A stretch of DNA of 64,000 nucleotides from Gammaproteobacteria bacterium (GTDB lineage Bacteria; Pseudomonadota; Gammaproteobacteria; CBDBNL01; G965229495), in NCBI GenBank assembly GCA_965229495.1, contig OZ245880.1, positions 2,141,012 to 2,205,011 of the forward strand. The letters are read 5' to 3'. Under the pieces are notes generated by a model. That model had not been told where the DNA came from and searched no databases. It saw only the letters and a program-made list of their open reading frames with translations. This document shows positions 38,796-48,753 of this stretch, piece by piece; position 1 is the stretch's first letter, and each line of letters begins with the position of its first letter. Position numbers and translations under genes: made by a program.

Positions 38796-39952
38796 AATTT
38801 ACCCCGATACTACTAGCCGGCTGCGCTTACGGCGTTGCTATCGGCTTCTTGCAACCGTCGCTGAGCTTGCTGCTGGCAGAGGTCGGCGTGAGCAATACCC
38901 AGATAGCTTTGGTGAGCACCAGTGCTCCGGCGGGGCTGTTACTGTTTTCCTTCTTCGTTCCCGCTCTGCTCGACCGCGTCGGTGTTATTCCGGCTTTTCT
39001 GGTAGCGACGCTGCTGGAAATTGGCGCTATTGTCGCGCTGGCCTTCGTCGATAGCTGGGGCTTGTCGTTGACTGGGGTTGCCGTGCTCGCGGGCTGCTTG
39101 CGTGCGGTCTCGGGAGCTACCAGCGCCATTAGCTGGATCGCTCTCGAGAGCTCGGTCAACAACTCTATCGACCCTAATAAACGCGGTAAGCTCATAGCCA
39201 TTTATTCGGTGGCAATAGCGGTGGGTTTTGCTATCGGTCCGCAGCTATTGCCGTTGCTGGAGCTTTTGGGCGCCCGCGCTTTATTGCTGGCAGCAGTGAT
39301 AATGCTGGCGGCGATGCTCTTGGCTTTATGGAGTCGAGTGCTGGAGAAATGGTTTAACCCCGAGCACGTGGGCATTACTTTGCCGCGTAGCGGGTGGCCG
39401 CTATTGCTGATAATCCTGCTGCTGGGCTTCTGCGGTGGCTTTACCGAGACTTTTGTTTATGTGATTTTGCCGCTGCACTTGTTGGCAGATATAGAGGCTG
39501 GGCTCTCGGTGCAATACCTGCTTACGGCTTTCACCGTGGGCTCGATCTGCGCGCAGATTCCCATAGGGCGTTATCTCGACAAATACCGTTGGCAGCCGCT
39601 GGTATTGCTGGCTTTCACGACTTCGGTGCTGCTGCTGATTTGGATGCGCGATATCGATTGGCAGCAGCCAGTGGCTATCGCTGCGATGATGCTCTGGGGT
39701 GCGTGCATCGATTCGATGTTTATGACTTCGCTCTACCTGCAAGGTAAGCATTTCCGCAATTATCTGCTGGCGCGCGTTACTAGCTGGTACGTGGCGTTTT
39801 GTACCTTGGGTATGCTCTCGGCGCCGGCGAGTAGTTCCTTGGTTTTCAGTATTGATGCTGGGGCGCTGTTTTGGTTGCCTATAGCCTTGTACTGCGCGAT
39901 GGTGCTGATTTTGCTGGTGGGTTTTAGGAGCGGGGCTTTGGCGAAGAATTGA
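38792..39952 (+). CDS. MFS transporter
   Basis: 386 aa with about 12 hydrophobic helices. Overlaps the sugar-transferase stop (ATGA). Confidence 0.75.
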   Translation: MKFTPILLAGCAYGVAIGFLQPSLSLLLAEVGVSNTQIALVSTSAPAGLLLFSFFVPALLDRVGVIPAFLVATLLEIGAIVALAFVDSWGLSLTGVAVLAGCLRAVSGATSAISWIALESSVNNSIDPNKRGKLIAIYSVAIAVGFAIGPQLLPLLELLGARALLLAAVIMLAAMLLALWSRVLEKWFNPEHVGITLPRSGWPLLLIILLLGFCGGFTETFVYVILPLHLLADIEAGLSVQYLLTAFTVGSICAQIPIGRYLDKYRWQPLVLLAFTTSVLLLIWMRDIDWQQPVAIAAMMLWGACIDSMFMTSLYLQGKHFRNYLLARVTSWYVAFCTLGMLSAPASSSLVFSIDAGALFWLPIALYCAMVLILLVGFRSGALAKN

Positions 39953-39962
39953 GCTTTGGCGG

Positions 39963-40193
39963 CTAGAGCACTTGCATGAGCACGGCGAGTATGCCCACGG
40001 TCGCGACTTGCATCATTAGCAATTTCAAGGTCATGCTCTGCTCCAGTTGACGCAGATCGCTTTTGCTGACTAAATCGCTCTCTTGGCGCGCGGCTTTTAC
40101 TGCAGATAATAATGCTGCAGCTTGGGCGTCGTTGAAACCAGCCTGCTTTAGATTAAGGGCTAGTTGGTGGGTGTCGAAGCTTGTGGTGCTCAT
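39963..40193 (-). CDS. DUF1640-like small coiled-coil membrane protein
   Basis: 76 aa, LKQAGFNDAQAAALLSAV...SKSDLRQLEQ and a C-terminal hydrophobic helix. Confidence 0.5.
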   Translation of the reverse strand: MSTTSFDTHQLALNLKQAGFNDAQAAALLSAVKAARQESDLVSKSDLRQLEQSMTLKLLMMQVATVGILAVLMQVL

Positions 40194-40226
40194 GGTGTTT
40201 TGCAGTGTGATGATTGAGTGTCAGCT

Positions 40227-40952
40227 CTACTTGGCTTGAGCGCTGCGCGTTAGCCACAGGTAAAAACCGTGGCCGGTGTAGATGGCGCCGCAGATCAAGA
40301 GCACGCTGTTGGGGTTTACTAGCAGCAGCGCTAATAGAGCGATCAATAGCAGCATCGACAGGAAAGGCGCACGACCGCGGAGCTGGAGCTTTTTGCTGCT
40401 CATAAAAGGGATGGTGCTGACCATCAGCAACGCCAGGACGAGCATTATCGCAGCCAGCCCCAAGCTCAGGGCAAAATTGGGCTCTAATCCCCATTCGACG
40501 AAGCTCCAAATCAAAGCCGCCGCTATCCCCGCTGCCACCGGCGACGGCATACCGACGAAATAGCGCGGGTCGACTTCGTCGACTTGGGCGACGAAGCGAC
40601 CGAGCCGTAAAGCCGTGCACGCCGAGTAGAAGAAGGCTATGCTCCAGCCGTACTTGCCCATGGATTCCAGAGCCCAGGCAAAAGCCAGGATCGCAGGCGC
40701 GATGCCGAAGGAAACCATGTCCGAGAGGTTGTCGTACTGCTGGCCAAAGCTGGATTCGGTTTTGGTGATGCGGGCGATACGACCATCGAAGGCGTCTAAA
40801 AAGGCGGCGACGATGATCGCCATGGCAGCGTTGACGTAGTTGCCTTCGGTGGCCGAGATTATGGCGAAGAAGCCAGCAAACAGGGCTGCTGTGGTAAAAG
40901 CATTGGGTAGTAAGTGGATGCTTTTAGCCGGCCACATTTGGGGCATTTTCAT
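40227..40952 (-). CDS. pssA: CDP-diacylglycerol--serine O-phosphatidyltransferase (CDP-alcohol phosphatidyltransferase family)
   Basis: Start moved to the ATG at 40952, which is preceded by GGGAG. CDP-OH P-transferase motif DAFDGRIAR...G..YDNLSDMVSFG. Confidence 0.8.
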   Translation of the reverse strand: MKMPQMWPAKSIHLLPNAFTTAALFAGFFAIISATEGNYVNAAMAIIVAAFLDAFDGRIARITKTESSFGQQYDNLSDMVSFGIAPAILAFAWALESMGKYGWSIAFFYSACTALRLGRFVAQVDEVDPRYFVGMPSPVAAGIAAALIWSFVEWGLEPNFALSLGLAAIMLVLALLMVSTIPFMSSKKLQLRGRAPFLSMLLLIALLALLLVNPNSVLLICGAIYTGHGFYLWLTRSAQAK

Positions 40953-40956
40953 GGCG

Positions 40957-41286
40957 CTATTCGCTCCCGACTTCGGGGTCCGAGCTCGGGAATACTTGCA
41001 ATAAAGGCCGCACTTGGATATCGGCGTAAACTCCAGTGAGCGTGTACGGGTCTTGGCTAGCCCATAACCTCGCCGCCTCCAGCGACTCGAACTCGGCAAT
41101 GATGACGCTACCAGCGACCCCGACTTCGGCGTTGATCTCGGGAACGTCGGCTGCGGGCATGGGGCCTGCTAGTATCAAGCGGCCTTCGTTTTGCAGGGTG
41201 GCGAGACGAGCTCGGTGCGCTGCGCGCGTCGATACCCGCAGGTCGTAGCTCTCGGCGTGGTCGAGGGCGTAAATTATGTATAGCAT
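40957..41286 (-). CDS. YciI-family protein
   Basis: 109 aa, MLYIIYALDHAES ... conserved His/Asp dimeric alpha/beta-barrel pattern of YciI. Confidence 0.75.
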   Translation of the reverse strand: MLYIIYALDHAESYDLRVSTRAAHRARLATLQNEGRLILAGPMPAADVPEINAEVGVAGSVIIAEFESLEAARLWASQDPYTLTGVYADIQVRPLLQVFPSSDPEVGSE

Positions 41287-41296
41287 GGCAGTCTCC

Positions 41297-41695
41297 TCAC
41301 TTTAATTCAATAAACGATTCGTCCCTATCGACTAGCGGTTGCTCGATGATGATGGACATAAATTCCAAATCGGGATCGTAGCAGACGTCGTCCCAGCCTT
41401 TGCTGTATGCCAGGTTTTGGATTTCGGTGTTGATTTTGTACAGGTCGAGTAGCAGGTTTTCTTGCTCCACCAACCACTCGCTGCGCTCGATGTAGTCTTC
41501 GCCTTTGGTGCCGCGCTGGCTGCCCCAGACTTCGTTGGCTTCGGCGACCATGGAGTCGCTGGCGAATAAATAGCTGCAGTAGTCGGCTTGGAGCTCGAAT
41601 TCTGAACGGTGATCGGTAACAAACCACCAGATGGCGAATATGGGTACCAACGCCGCTAGCGTGTACGCGATGTATTTGAGTATTTTCAAAAACAT
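41297..41695 (-). CDS. Hypothetical N-terminally anchored protein
   Basis: 132 aa with a single N-terminal TM helix then an acidic soluble domain. Lower GC. No family recognised. Confidence 0.45.
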   Translation of the reverse strand: MFLKILKYIAYTLAALVPIFAIWWFVTDHRSEFELQADYCSYLFASDSMVAEANEVWGSQRGTKGEDYIERSEWLVEQENLLLDLYKINTEIQNLAYSKGWDDVCYDPDLEFMSIIIEQPLVDRDESFIELK

Positions 41696-41716
41696 AGATG
41701 TGTTCCGTAGTGAAAG

Positions 41717-42280
41717 TTAGACTCGGGCCTCGGTAACTCCGGTTTGGCCCTGGTATTTGCCTTTGCGGTCTTTATAAGTTACTCGGCATTGCTCGTCGGA
41801 TTGCAGGAAGATGAATTGCGCTACGCCTTCGCCAGCGTATATCTTCGCGGGGAGGTTGGTGGTATTGGAGAATTCCAGGGTGACGTTGCCCTCCCATTCG
41901 GGCTCCAAGGGCGTTACGTTGACGATGATGCCGCAGCGGGCGTAGGTCGATTTGCCGAGGCAGATTGTCAGCACGTCCCGAGGTATGCGAAAATACTCTA
42001 CTGTCCGCGCCAAGGCAAAGGAATTGGGTGGGATGACGCAAACGTCGTCGTTGATGTTGACGAAGCTGCTGGGGTCAAAGTCTTTGGGGTCGATGACCGA
42101 GGCGTAGATGTTGGTGAAGACTTTGAATTCGGGCGCGCAGCGCACGTCGTAGCCATAGCTCGATAAGCCATAAGAGATCACTGGAGCGCCGTCGACGCGC
42201 TTCACTTGGTCGGCGACAAAGGGTTCGATCATGCCGCGCTGCGCCTGTTCTTCAATCCAACGATCTGATTTTATAGACAT
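41717..42280 (-). CDS. dcd: dCTP deaminase
   Basis: 187 aa with [21 protein letters not shown] and LEFSNTT motifs. Near-colinear with Pseudomonas-type Dcd. Confidence 0.9.
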   Translation of the reverse strand: MSIKSDRWIEEQAQRGMIEPFVADQVKRVDGAPVISYGLSSYGYDVRCAPEFKVFTNIYASVIDPKDFDPSSFVNINDDVCVIPPNSFALARTVEYFRIPRDVLTICLGKSTYARCGIIVNVTPLEPEWEGNVTLEFSNTTNLPAKIYAGEGVAQFIFLQSDEQCRVTYKDRKGKYQGQTGVTEARV

Positions 42281-42314
42281 TTACTTAAGCTGTAGAGATT
42301 GTAATTTGCTGGCG

Positions 42315-42791
42315 TCAAGCTAGTTGCAGCGCTCGCCACCAATCGGGCTCGCTATCGCGCCCAGGCTCAAAGGCTACCAAGTCGAAGCGAAAAGGCGGCC
42401 TGTAGCTATACCGGCTCAAGTAGCTATTGATAGCTCGGCGCAGCTTGCGCCTTTTGTCGATACCAACGCTCTGCGCGGCGCCGCCAAAATGTTCGCTGCT
42501 GCGCATTCGCACTTCGACAAATACCAGCTCGGCGCCATCGCGCATTATCAGATCGATCTCGCCGTTGCGGCATTGATAGTTGCGCGCCAGGGTGCGTAAG
42601 CCTTGGGCTTCCAAATAGCGTCGCGCTCGGAGTTCGTAGCGCTCGCCGATGACGCGGTTGCTGCGGTTAAATCTGAAGCAAGCACGGGCTTCTATCCACA
42701 ACGACGCCGCCAGGTAGTTGCCCGAGCTGCGCGCCCACAAAGCGCAACGTCGCGCCAAATTAAACACAGAGGGTCTCAGAGCAGTTAGCAT
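42315..42791 (-). CDS. yraN: YraN-family (UPF0102) putative endonuclease
   Basis: Conserved YELRARRYLEAQGLRTLARNYQCRNGEIDLIM ... LVFVEVR core. The true start is probably downstream of the ORF-track start (likely a non-ATG codon). Conserved synteny with lpoA. Confidence 0.7.
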   Translation of the reverse strand: MLTALRPSVFNLARRCALWARSSGNYLAASLWIEARACFRFNRSNRVIGERYELRARRYLEAQGLRTLARNYQCRNGEIDLIMRDGAELVFVEVRMRSSEHFGGAAQSVGIDKRRKLRRAINSYLSRYSYRPPFRFDLVAFEPGRDSEPDWWRALQLA

Positions 42792-42795
42792 CTTG

Positions 42796-44859
42796 CTACT
42801 CCACTATCGTCAGGTCGCCATCAACGAAGCGCATGAGCTTTGGCTGTCGCCGTACTTGCTGCTGTTCCGCCAGACGCAATTCGCCAGTGCTGGCGCTGAT
42901 GGTCAAATTGGGGTTGGCGCGCATCTGGGTCAGATAGGGAAACATATTGAAGGCGTCGACACCCAGCGCTACCAAGCGCTCGTAAGGTCTTAGGGCTTCG
43001 TAGCGCGGCTCGCGCTGCAGGCGTTGACGCGTCGAGCCGTTGCTGCTCAGCCAGGGTATGTCGCTCCAATAAATGCCGTCGAGGTCTTTATTTTGCTCGC
43101 GGCTGAACTCGGGGCGGTTGATGCGCGAGGTGCCGTAAGTAACCAGGTCGTTCGCTAAGTAGAACGCCAGCAGCGGTCGGATAAGGCGCGCCTGGTCGTC
43201 GGGCACCAGCAAGAACAAGCACTCGGCGTCGCTGCGTCGGCCCAAAGAGCGGAATTCTTCGTACTCGCTGGCGTTCAATTCGCGGTTGAAGAAGCTCTTG
43301 GCTTGCTCGACTTGGGCGTCGTCGACTTGCACCAGGCGCGAGATGATGCGCGCCAGGTTGGAGTCTTTGCTGACTTGCGCCGAATCCAAGACCACGCCGC
43401 CGAGCCGATTCCAGTGGCGACTAAAGTCGGCATAGGCTCTTTGCGACCATTCGCTATCCGAGTACAACGCTAGGGCATTCAAGCAACCTGCGCCCCAAGC
43501 CGCTTCGCTGATGAACAACACTTCGTCTTGCATCGCCAGGCCGAGCTGAAAGAGGTTGTTCTGGGTTGGGGCGTCGTCCAAATAATTCAACGCCAGCACC
43601 GGTGCGCTCAGCCCGAGGGCGTTGACCGCAGCGATCTCTTGCTTGAGCAGCGGCCCTATCACCAACTGTGCGCCGCGACTGACGGCTTGCCCATAGAGCT
43701 GGCCGACTTCGGTGGTGGCGCTGTCGTAGTAGCTGATCTGCGGGGCGACGCGGCCGGTCTGGAATACATACTCGGTAGCGGCGAGGTTGATGCCGGTTTG
43801 CACCGCTTCGCCGAGCGTCGCCAACTGACCGCTCAGGGGCAGAATGACGCCGACGTTATTGATAAGGCTGCCGCTGGTGTCGTTCTCCATTACCAAGAGC
43901 TTGTCGAGGTTGGCGCTGGCGGGGTGGTTGAACCAATCCTGGCGCCAACTGTTGAGGGCGATGGAACGCAAGATCAGCGAGTCTTGATTGGCGACTAGTA
44001 CCTTGCCGAGCTCGTACCAACCCCGGTTGGGCTCGATTTGGGTTTCGTCGGCGAGGCTTTGCAGTAGTTCGCGGGAACTGCTTTGCAAGAGCACGACCAA
44101 GTGGCGTTGGTTGGCGATACGTTCCTCGGCTTGTAAGCGCCTGTCGAGCTCGATGCGTAAGCGTAGCGCCAAGCGGTTGTTGCCCGAGCGCGCGTAATAA
44201 TCAGCGCGCGCGCCGAACCAGCGCGCCTGCCATTTCCGCTCTATCGGCCGCAATACGGCGGAGTCCAGGTTGAGATATGCGCGCGCCGCGTCGAGGTCGT
44301 TGTCAATCATCGCCAAGCGCGCTTGCAGAATGCGCCAGCGGACTCGCTGCTCTGGAGTTGCGTCAAAGGTAGTAGCGCGCGCCAGGCTGCTGCGGAGCTT
44401 TTGGTAATCCGAGTTGGCGAGCGCGGTCTCGGCGCTTTGTAAGCTTTGCTCAAGGCTGGTGTTGCTTTCTTCGTTGCTGGGAGCTTGGACGCTGCTCTCG
44501 ACCTCGGCTTGGGCGCGCGCCGAGGCTAGCGATTCGGCTATGCTGGCGCTATCGATGTCGGAATCCGAGGCTATTCTGCGGTCTAAGCTGGTAGATATCG
44601 GCGCCGATTCTGTGGGCGGCGGGGGGGTGTTATCTGGTGGCGGGGGCGCAAGGTTTTCTGGTGGGAGCAAACGTAGGAATTCGATCTGCTCGACTAGTTC
44701 GGGTGGCACGACGCTGGTGTCGGCAGCGGGCTCGGTGGTGGTAGCCTCCGTGGTTGGAGGTTCGTCGTCTACTGTCGGCGCGCTGGCGCAAGCGCCCAAT
44801 AGTAGTAATGAGCTAAAAAGAATAAAATAGAACCTGGTTAAGGCTGATGCTTGAGTCAT
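42796..44859 (-). CDS. lpoA: Penicillin-binding protein activator LpoA
   Basis: 687 aa with lipoprotein signal (LLLLGACAS), N-terminal TPR-like region and C-terminal periplasmic-binding-like domain. rsmI is divergent and yraN downstream, as in E. coli. Confidence 0.75.
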   Translation of the reverse strand: MTQASALTRFYFILFSSLLLLGACASAPTVDDEPPTTEATTTEPAADTSVVPPELVEQIEFLRLLPPENLAPPPPDNTPPPPTESAPISTSLDRRIASDSDIDSASIAESLASARAQAEVESSVQAPSNEESNTSLEQSLQSAETALANSDYQKLRSSLARATTFDATPEQRVRWRILQARLAMIDNDLDAARAYLNLDSAVLRPIERKWQARWFGARADYYARSGNNRLALRLRIELDRRLQAEERIANQRHLVVLLQSSSRELLQSLADETQIEPNRGWYELGKVLVANQDSLILRSIALNSWRQDWFNHPASANLDKLLVMENDTSGSLINNVGVILPLSGQLATLGEAVQTGINLAATEYVFQTGRVAPQISYYDSATTEVGQLYGQAVSRGAQLVIGPLLKQEIAAVNALGLSAPVLALNYLDDAPTQNNLFQLGLAMQDEVLFISEAAWGAGCLNALALYSDSEWSQRAYADFSRHWNRLGGVVLDSAQVSKDSNLARIISRLVQVDDAQVEQAKSFFNRELNASEYEEFRSLGRRSDAECLFLLVPDDQARLIRPLLAFYLANDLVTYGTSRINRPEFSREQNKDLDGIYWSDIPWLSSNGSTRQRLQREPRYEALRPYERLVALGVDAFNMFPYLTQMRANPNLTISASTGELRLAEQQQVRRQPKLMRFVDGDLTIVE

Positions 44860-44915
44860 TGGGTTTGATCTATATTTCGCGAGTATTTTCCAGCTCTTAC
44901 CACTAAGTACTGACG

Positions 44916-45758
44916 TTGAAAGAGAAGCTGCAGCCGAGCACGTTATATCTGGTAGCCACGCCTATCGGCAACTTGGCGGATATAAGCCTGCGCGCCTTAC
45001 ATATCCTCGACCAAGTGGACGCGATTTATTGTGAAGACACCAGGCGCACGGCGCTATTGCTGCGCCAATACTCGGTGGCAGCTAAGGTGCCGTTGCTATC
45101 GTGCCCGCAATTTAAGCAGCGGCAGCGCGCCGCCGATATTGTACATAGGCTCCAGAGCGGTCAAGCTGTGGCTTATGTCTCTGACGCTGGTACTCCGGGT
45201 CTGTGCGATCCGGGAGCCATCTTAGCGCAGCCGGCTTGGCAGGCGGGGATGCAAGTGCGTGCGCTACCTGGAGCCAGCGCTATGCTTGCCGCCTTGAGCG
45301 CCTGCGGTTGGGAGATTAATAGCTTTGTTTTTCTTGGCTTCTTGCCGCGACAAAACTCGGCCCGCGACCAACTGCTGAGTGCTTACACTAGCTGCGAGCC
45401 GGTGTTGGTGTTCTACGAGGCGCCGCACCGCATTCGCGCCAGCCTGCAAGCCGTAGCAGCTATATTTGGCAGTGATACTGAGCTATGCTTGGCGCGCGAG
45501 CTTACCAAAATCCACGAGCGCATCACCCACGGCAGCGCTGCCGAGATGGTCGACGACCCCCAAGTACTCGAGCCTCGCGGCGAGTACACCGTGCTCGTCG
45601 GCGCGCGCGCGCGCGACGATGCTGCCGAGACCCATCGCCAACTGGATATACTCGCCGCTGAGCTAACGCACAGCCAAGCCGCGAGCTTGGGCGCCAAGCT
45701 TACAGGAGCCTCGCGGTCCTATTGCTATAAATATCTGCTGAATAAATATGGGCGATAA
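44916..45758 (+). CDS. rsmI: 16S rRNA (cytidine1402-2'-O)-methyltransferase
   Basis: LYLVATPIGNLADIS and AYVSDAGTPGLCDPG tetrapyrrole-methylase-fold motifs of RsmI. Confidence 0.9.
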   Translation: MKEKLQPSTLYLVATPIGNLADISLRALHILDQVDAIYCEDTRRTALLLRQYSVAAKVPLLSCPQFKQRQRAADIVHRLQSGQAVAYVSDAGTPGLCDPGAILAQPAWQAGMQVRALPGASAMLAALSACGWEINSFVFLGFLPRQNSARDQLLSAYTSCEPVLVFYEAPHRIRASLQAVAAIFGSDTELCLARELTKIHERITHGSAAEMVDDPQVLEPRGEYTVLVGARARDDAAETHRQLDILAAELTHSQAASLGAKLTGASRSYCYKYLLNKYGR

Positions 45759-46806
45759 GTTAGGCGTCGCTGTCATCGGCGCTGGCACTATGGGTGGCTA
45801 TCACGCCGAGAAGTACCATCGTCATCCCGGCGTCGACTTGCTAGCTATCGTCGATCGCGATGCGAGCACGGCGCAGGCTTTGGCGGCTAAATACGGCTGC
45901 GCTAGTTATGTCAATTTGGATATGCTGCTGGCACAATTCGGCGGCACTGACGCGCTGCAGGCCGTGAGCATCGCCACGCCAGCGGAATCGCATCACGAGC
46001 TCGCTTTGACCTGCTTGCAGCGTGGTTGGCATTGCTTTATCGAAAAGCCACTCTGCGCTCAAGAGGATCAAGCAGATGAATTACTGCAATTGCTCGAATC
46101 TGATGCTAGGGATTTAATAGTCCAAGTGGGTCATAGCGAGCGCTTAAACCCGGTGGTCGAGGCGATCTCTACTTTGGACTTGCGCCCGCACTTTATCACT
46201 TGCGAGCGCTTGGGGTCATTCTCCGGGCGCGCGCTGGATACCAGCGTGATCCTGGATTTGATGATCCACGATATAGACTTGGTTTTGATGCTGGCAGAGT
46301 TAGGCGAAGACGAGCCCGAGATCATCGCCAAGGGCATTAAGGTATTCAGCTCGGCGATCGATATTTGCACCGCGAGTCTGGACTTCCGCAGCGACGGCGT
46401 GATGGCGCAACTCGCCGCCAGCCGCATCAGCGACGCTAAAGCAAGCCGTAGCCTGCGCGCGCTGGGTAACGGCTTTTATATCAGCGCTGATCTACAAAAA
46501 CTCAGCTTGGAGCTGGAGTACATTGAGCAGCAGCACCCAAGCCTGAGCGCTAAGCTTGAAGCAATTGCCAATACGGCCAAGGCTGCCGAAGTTTCCACCA
46601 AGCTTGGCAAGGTCAGGCAGCCGTCGACCTCTAAGTTTCGTGCCCTTTTCGCCCCCGCCGACCCTGTGCGAGAGCAAGTCCAAGCCTTTGTTGCCGCCAT
46701 TGGCGGCAAGGGTTCGGTCATCACCGACGCCCACGCTGGCGCCCACGCGCTGCGTATAGCTTGTCAAGTTCAAGAGCGTAGCCTAGGCACTACCAACAAT
46801 TATTAA
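45748..46806 (+). CDS. Gfo/Idh/MocA-family oxidoreductase
   Basis: LGVAVIGAGTMGGYHA Rossmann motif and CFIEKPL. Overlaps rsmI end by 11 nt. Confidence 0.8.
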   Translation: MGDKLGVAVIGAGTMGGYHAEKYHRHPGVDLLAIVDRDASTAQALAAKYGCASYVNLDMLLAQFGGTDALQAVSIATPAESHHELALTCLQRGWHCFIEKPLCAQEDQADELLQLLESDARDLIVQVGHSERLNPVVEAISTLDLRPHFITCERLGSFSGRALDTSVILDLMIHDIDLVLMLAELGEDEPEIIAKGIKVFSSAIDICTASLDFRSDGVMAQLAASRISDAKASRSLRALGNGFYISADLQKLSLELEYIEQQHPSLSAKLEAIANTAKAAEVSTKLGKVRQPSTSKFRALFAPADPVREQVQAFVAAIGGKGSVITDAHAGAHALRIACQVQERSLGTTNNY

Positions 46807-46832
46807 ACTTTCAATCTCTACGGAATAACACG

Positions 46833-48266
46833 ATGGATATATCCCTTATAGATCAGCTACCGAGGCGCCCGAGTTGCCTGATATTGCTACCGACTTCGGT
46901 GGCAGAATCGGCTCGCTTGGCGCGCGAATTGTCTATGCCCAGCCTGAGCGAATCCGCTTTCAGCGAAGACGGCACCCCGGACGCGCGCCTCTACATCAAC
47001 AGCATCGGCCAAAACATCGTCGTCAGCCCGCAGCTGAAAAAAGACGATACCAGCCTCCGCACCGCGCTCGACCAAGCCATACGCTTGGTGTTGCTCGGCA
47101 AGTACCCAGAGGCGCTGTTGATAGCCGAGAACAAAGACACTAAGAACCTGCTAACTATCATCGCCCGCAGCGTCGCCGATAACTCTTACATATTCGACAA
47201 GTACAAATCCAAAGGTCGCCGCACTATAGCCTTGAAAAAACTGCAGATCTACACTGGGCGCACCAATACGCCCATGGACCACGGACAACTCCAAGACCAG
47301 ATCATCGTCAACCAGGGCGTCGAGTACGCGCGCGACCTTGCTAATACTCCGCCCAATATTTGTAACCCCGAATGGCTGGCGGCGGCGGCGCTACAGCTCG
47401 GGCGCGAATCGCGCGGCTTGAACGTCGAAGTCCTGGACGACGTCGCGCTACGTATCGAAAGCATGAACGCCATGCTGGCAGTAGCTGGCGGTAGCGCCAA
47501 TAAGCCGCGCCTGCTGCTGATCAACCATAAAGGTTTGGGCACTAATCGGCGACCGATAGTGCTAATAGGCAAAGGCGTTACTTTCGACACTGGCGGCATC
47601 AGCCTCAAGCCTCCAGCCAAGATGGACGAAATGAAGTACGACATGTGCGGCGCCGCAGCGGTCATAGCCACCATGAAGGTTTTGGATATGCTGCAAGTCA
47701 AGCTCAACGTTACTGCCATCGTGCCCTGCGTCGAGAATATGCCCTCGGGCACGGCCTATCGCCCGGGCGACATCATCACCACCAAGCTCGGCAAGAGCGT
47801 CGAAGTGCTCAACACCGACGCCGAAGGCCGCCTCATCCTCGCCGACAGCATAACCTTCGCCGAGCGCTATAACCCCTTGCAAATAATAGACGTGGCAACG
47901 CTAACCGGCGCCTGCATCGTCGCCCTCGGGCGCCATCTCAGCGCGATGTACAGCAACAACGACCAACTGGCTGAATCTCTGCTCAGCGCTGGCGCTAACA
48001 GCTTGGATAGTATTTGGCGGATGCCTCTAGGCGCCGATTATCACCGCCAGCTCAAAAGCAACTTCGCCGACCTTGCCAACATCGGCGGCCCGGAAGCAGG
48101 ATCGGTTACTGCTGCCTGCTTCCTGGAGAGCTTTGTCCCCGAGAAAACGCCCTGGGCGCATTTGGACGTCGCTGGCACAGCTTGGGTTAGCGGCGCCAAA
48201 AAAGGCGCCAGCGGCAGACCCACGGCGCTACTCTCCCAGTATTTGCTTGACCTGAGTCGGGTCTAG
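46833..48266 (+). CDS. pepA: Leucyl aminopeptidase (M17)
   Basis: NTDAEGRLILAD M17 signature, VTFDTGGISLKP, and an N-terminal regulatory domain. Confidence 0.9.
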   Translation: MDISLIDQLPRRPSCLILLPTSVAESARLARELSMPSLSESAFSEDGTPDARLYINSIGQNIVVSPQLKKDDTSLRTALDQAIRLVLLGKYPEALLIAENKDTKNLLTIIARSVADNSYIFDKYKSKGRRTIALKKLQIYTGRTNTPMDHGQLQDQIIVNQGVEYARDLANTPPNICNPEWLAAAALQLGRESRGLNVEVLDDVALRIESMNAMLAVAGGSANKPRLLLINHKGLGTNRRPIVLIGKGVTFDTGGISLKPPAKMDEMKYDMCGAAAVIATMKVLDMLQVKLNVTAIVPCVENMPSGTAYRPGDIITTKLGKSVEVLNTDAEGRLILADSITFAERYNPLQIIDVATLTGACIVALGRHLSAMYSNNDQLAESLLSAGANSLDSIWRMPLGADYHRQLKSNFADLANIGGPEAGSVTAACFLESFVPEKTPWAHLDVAGTAWVSGAKKGASGRPTALLSQYLLDLSRV

Positions 48267-48749
48267 GCGCCATCCGCGCTGGATCAGCACCACGCAGTGC
48301 GCGGCGATGCCAGCGCCAGCGCCGAGGGCGCCGATGCCTTCGGCGGTGGTGGCTTTGATGTTGACGTCTTCAGGTTTGAGCTCACTAAGCTCGGCCAGCT
48401 TCTCACGGATGGCTTGCTTATAGCCACCGAGCTTCGGGCTTTGCAGGATTATGGTGGCGTCTATGTTTAATGGGGCGAGATTGCGCTCGGCCAATAACTC
48501 CAGGCAATGGTGCAAAAAAAAAGCGCTGCTTTTGCCGCTGTATTGCGGGTCGCAATCGGGAAAATGCTCGCCGATATCGCCCAGAGCAGCGGCGCCGAGC
48601 AGGGCATCGCAGAGCGCGTGGATGAGCACGTCGCCGTCGGAATGCGCGCGCACGCCTTTATCATGGTCTATGCGAACTCCGCCCAGCCAGAAATGATCGC
48701 CCTCGGTGAAAGCATGGCAATCGTAGCCGTGACCGATGCGCGGCGACAT
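48228..48749 (-). CDS. ispF: 2-C-methyl-D-erythritol 2,4-cyclodiphosphate synthase
   Basis: RIGHGYDCHAF ... HSDGDVLIHALCDALLGAAALGDIGEHFPD, nearly colinear with E. coli IspF. Confidence 0.9.
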   Translation of the reverse strand: MSPRIGHGYDCHAFTEGDHFWLGGVRIDHDKGVRAHSDGDVLIHALCDALLGAAALGDIGEHFPDCDPQYSGKSSAFFLHHCLELLAERNLAPLNIDATIILQSPKLGGYKQAIREKLAELSELKPEDVNIKATTAEGIGALGAGAGIAAHCVVLIQRGWRLDPTQVKQILGE

Positions 48750-48753
48750 ACGT

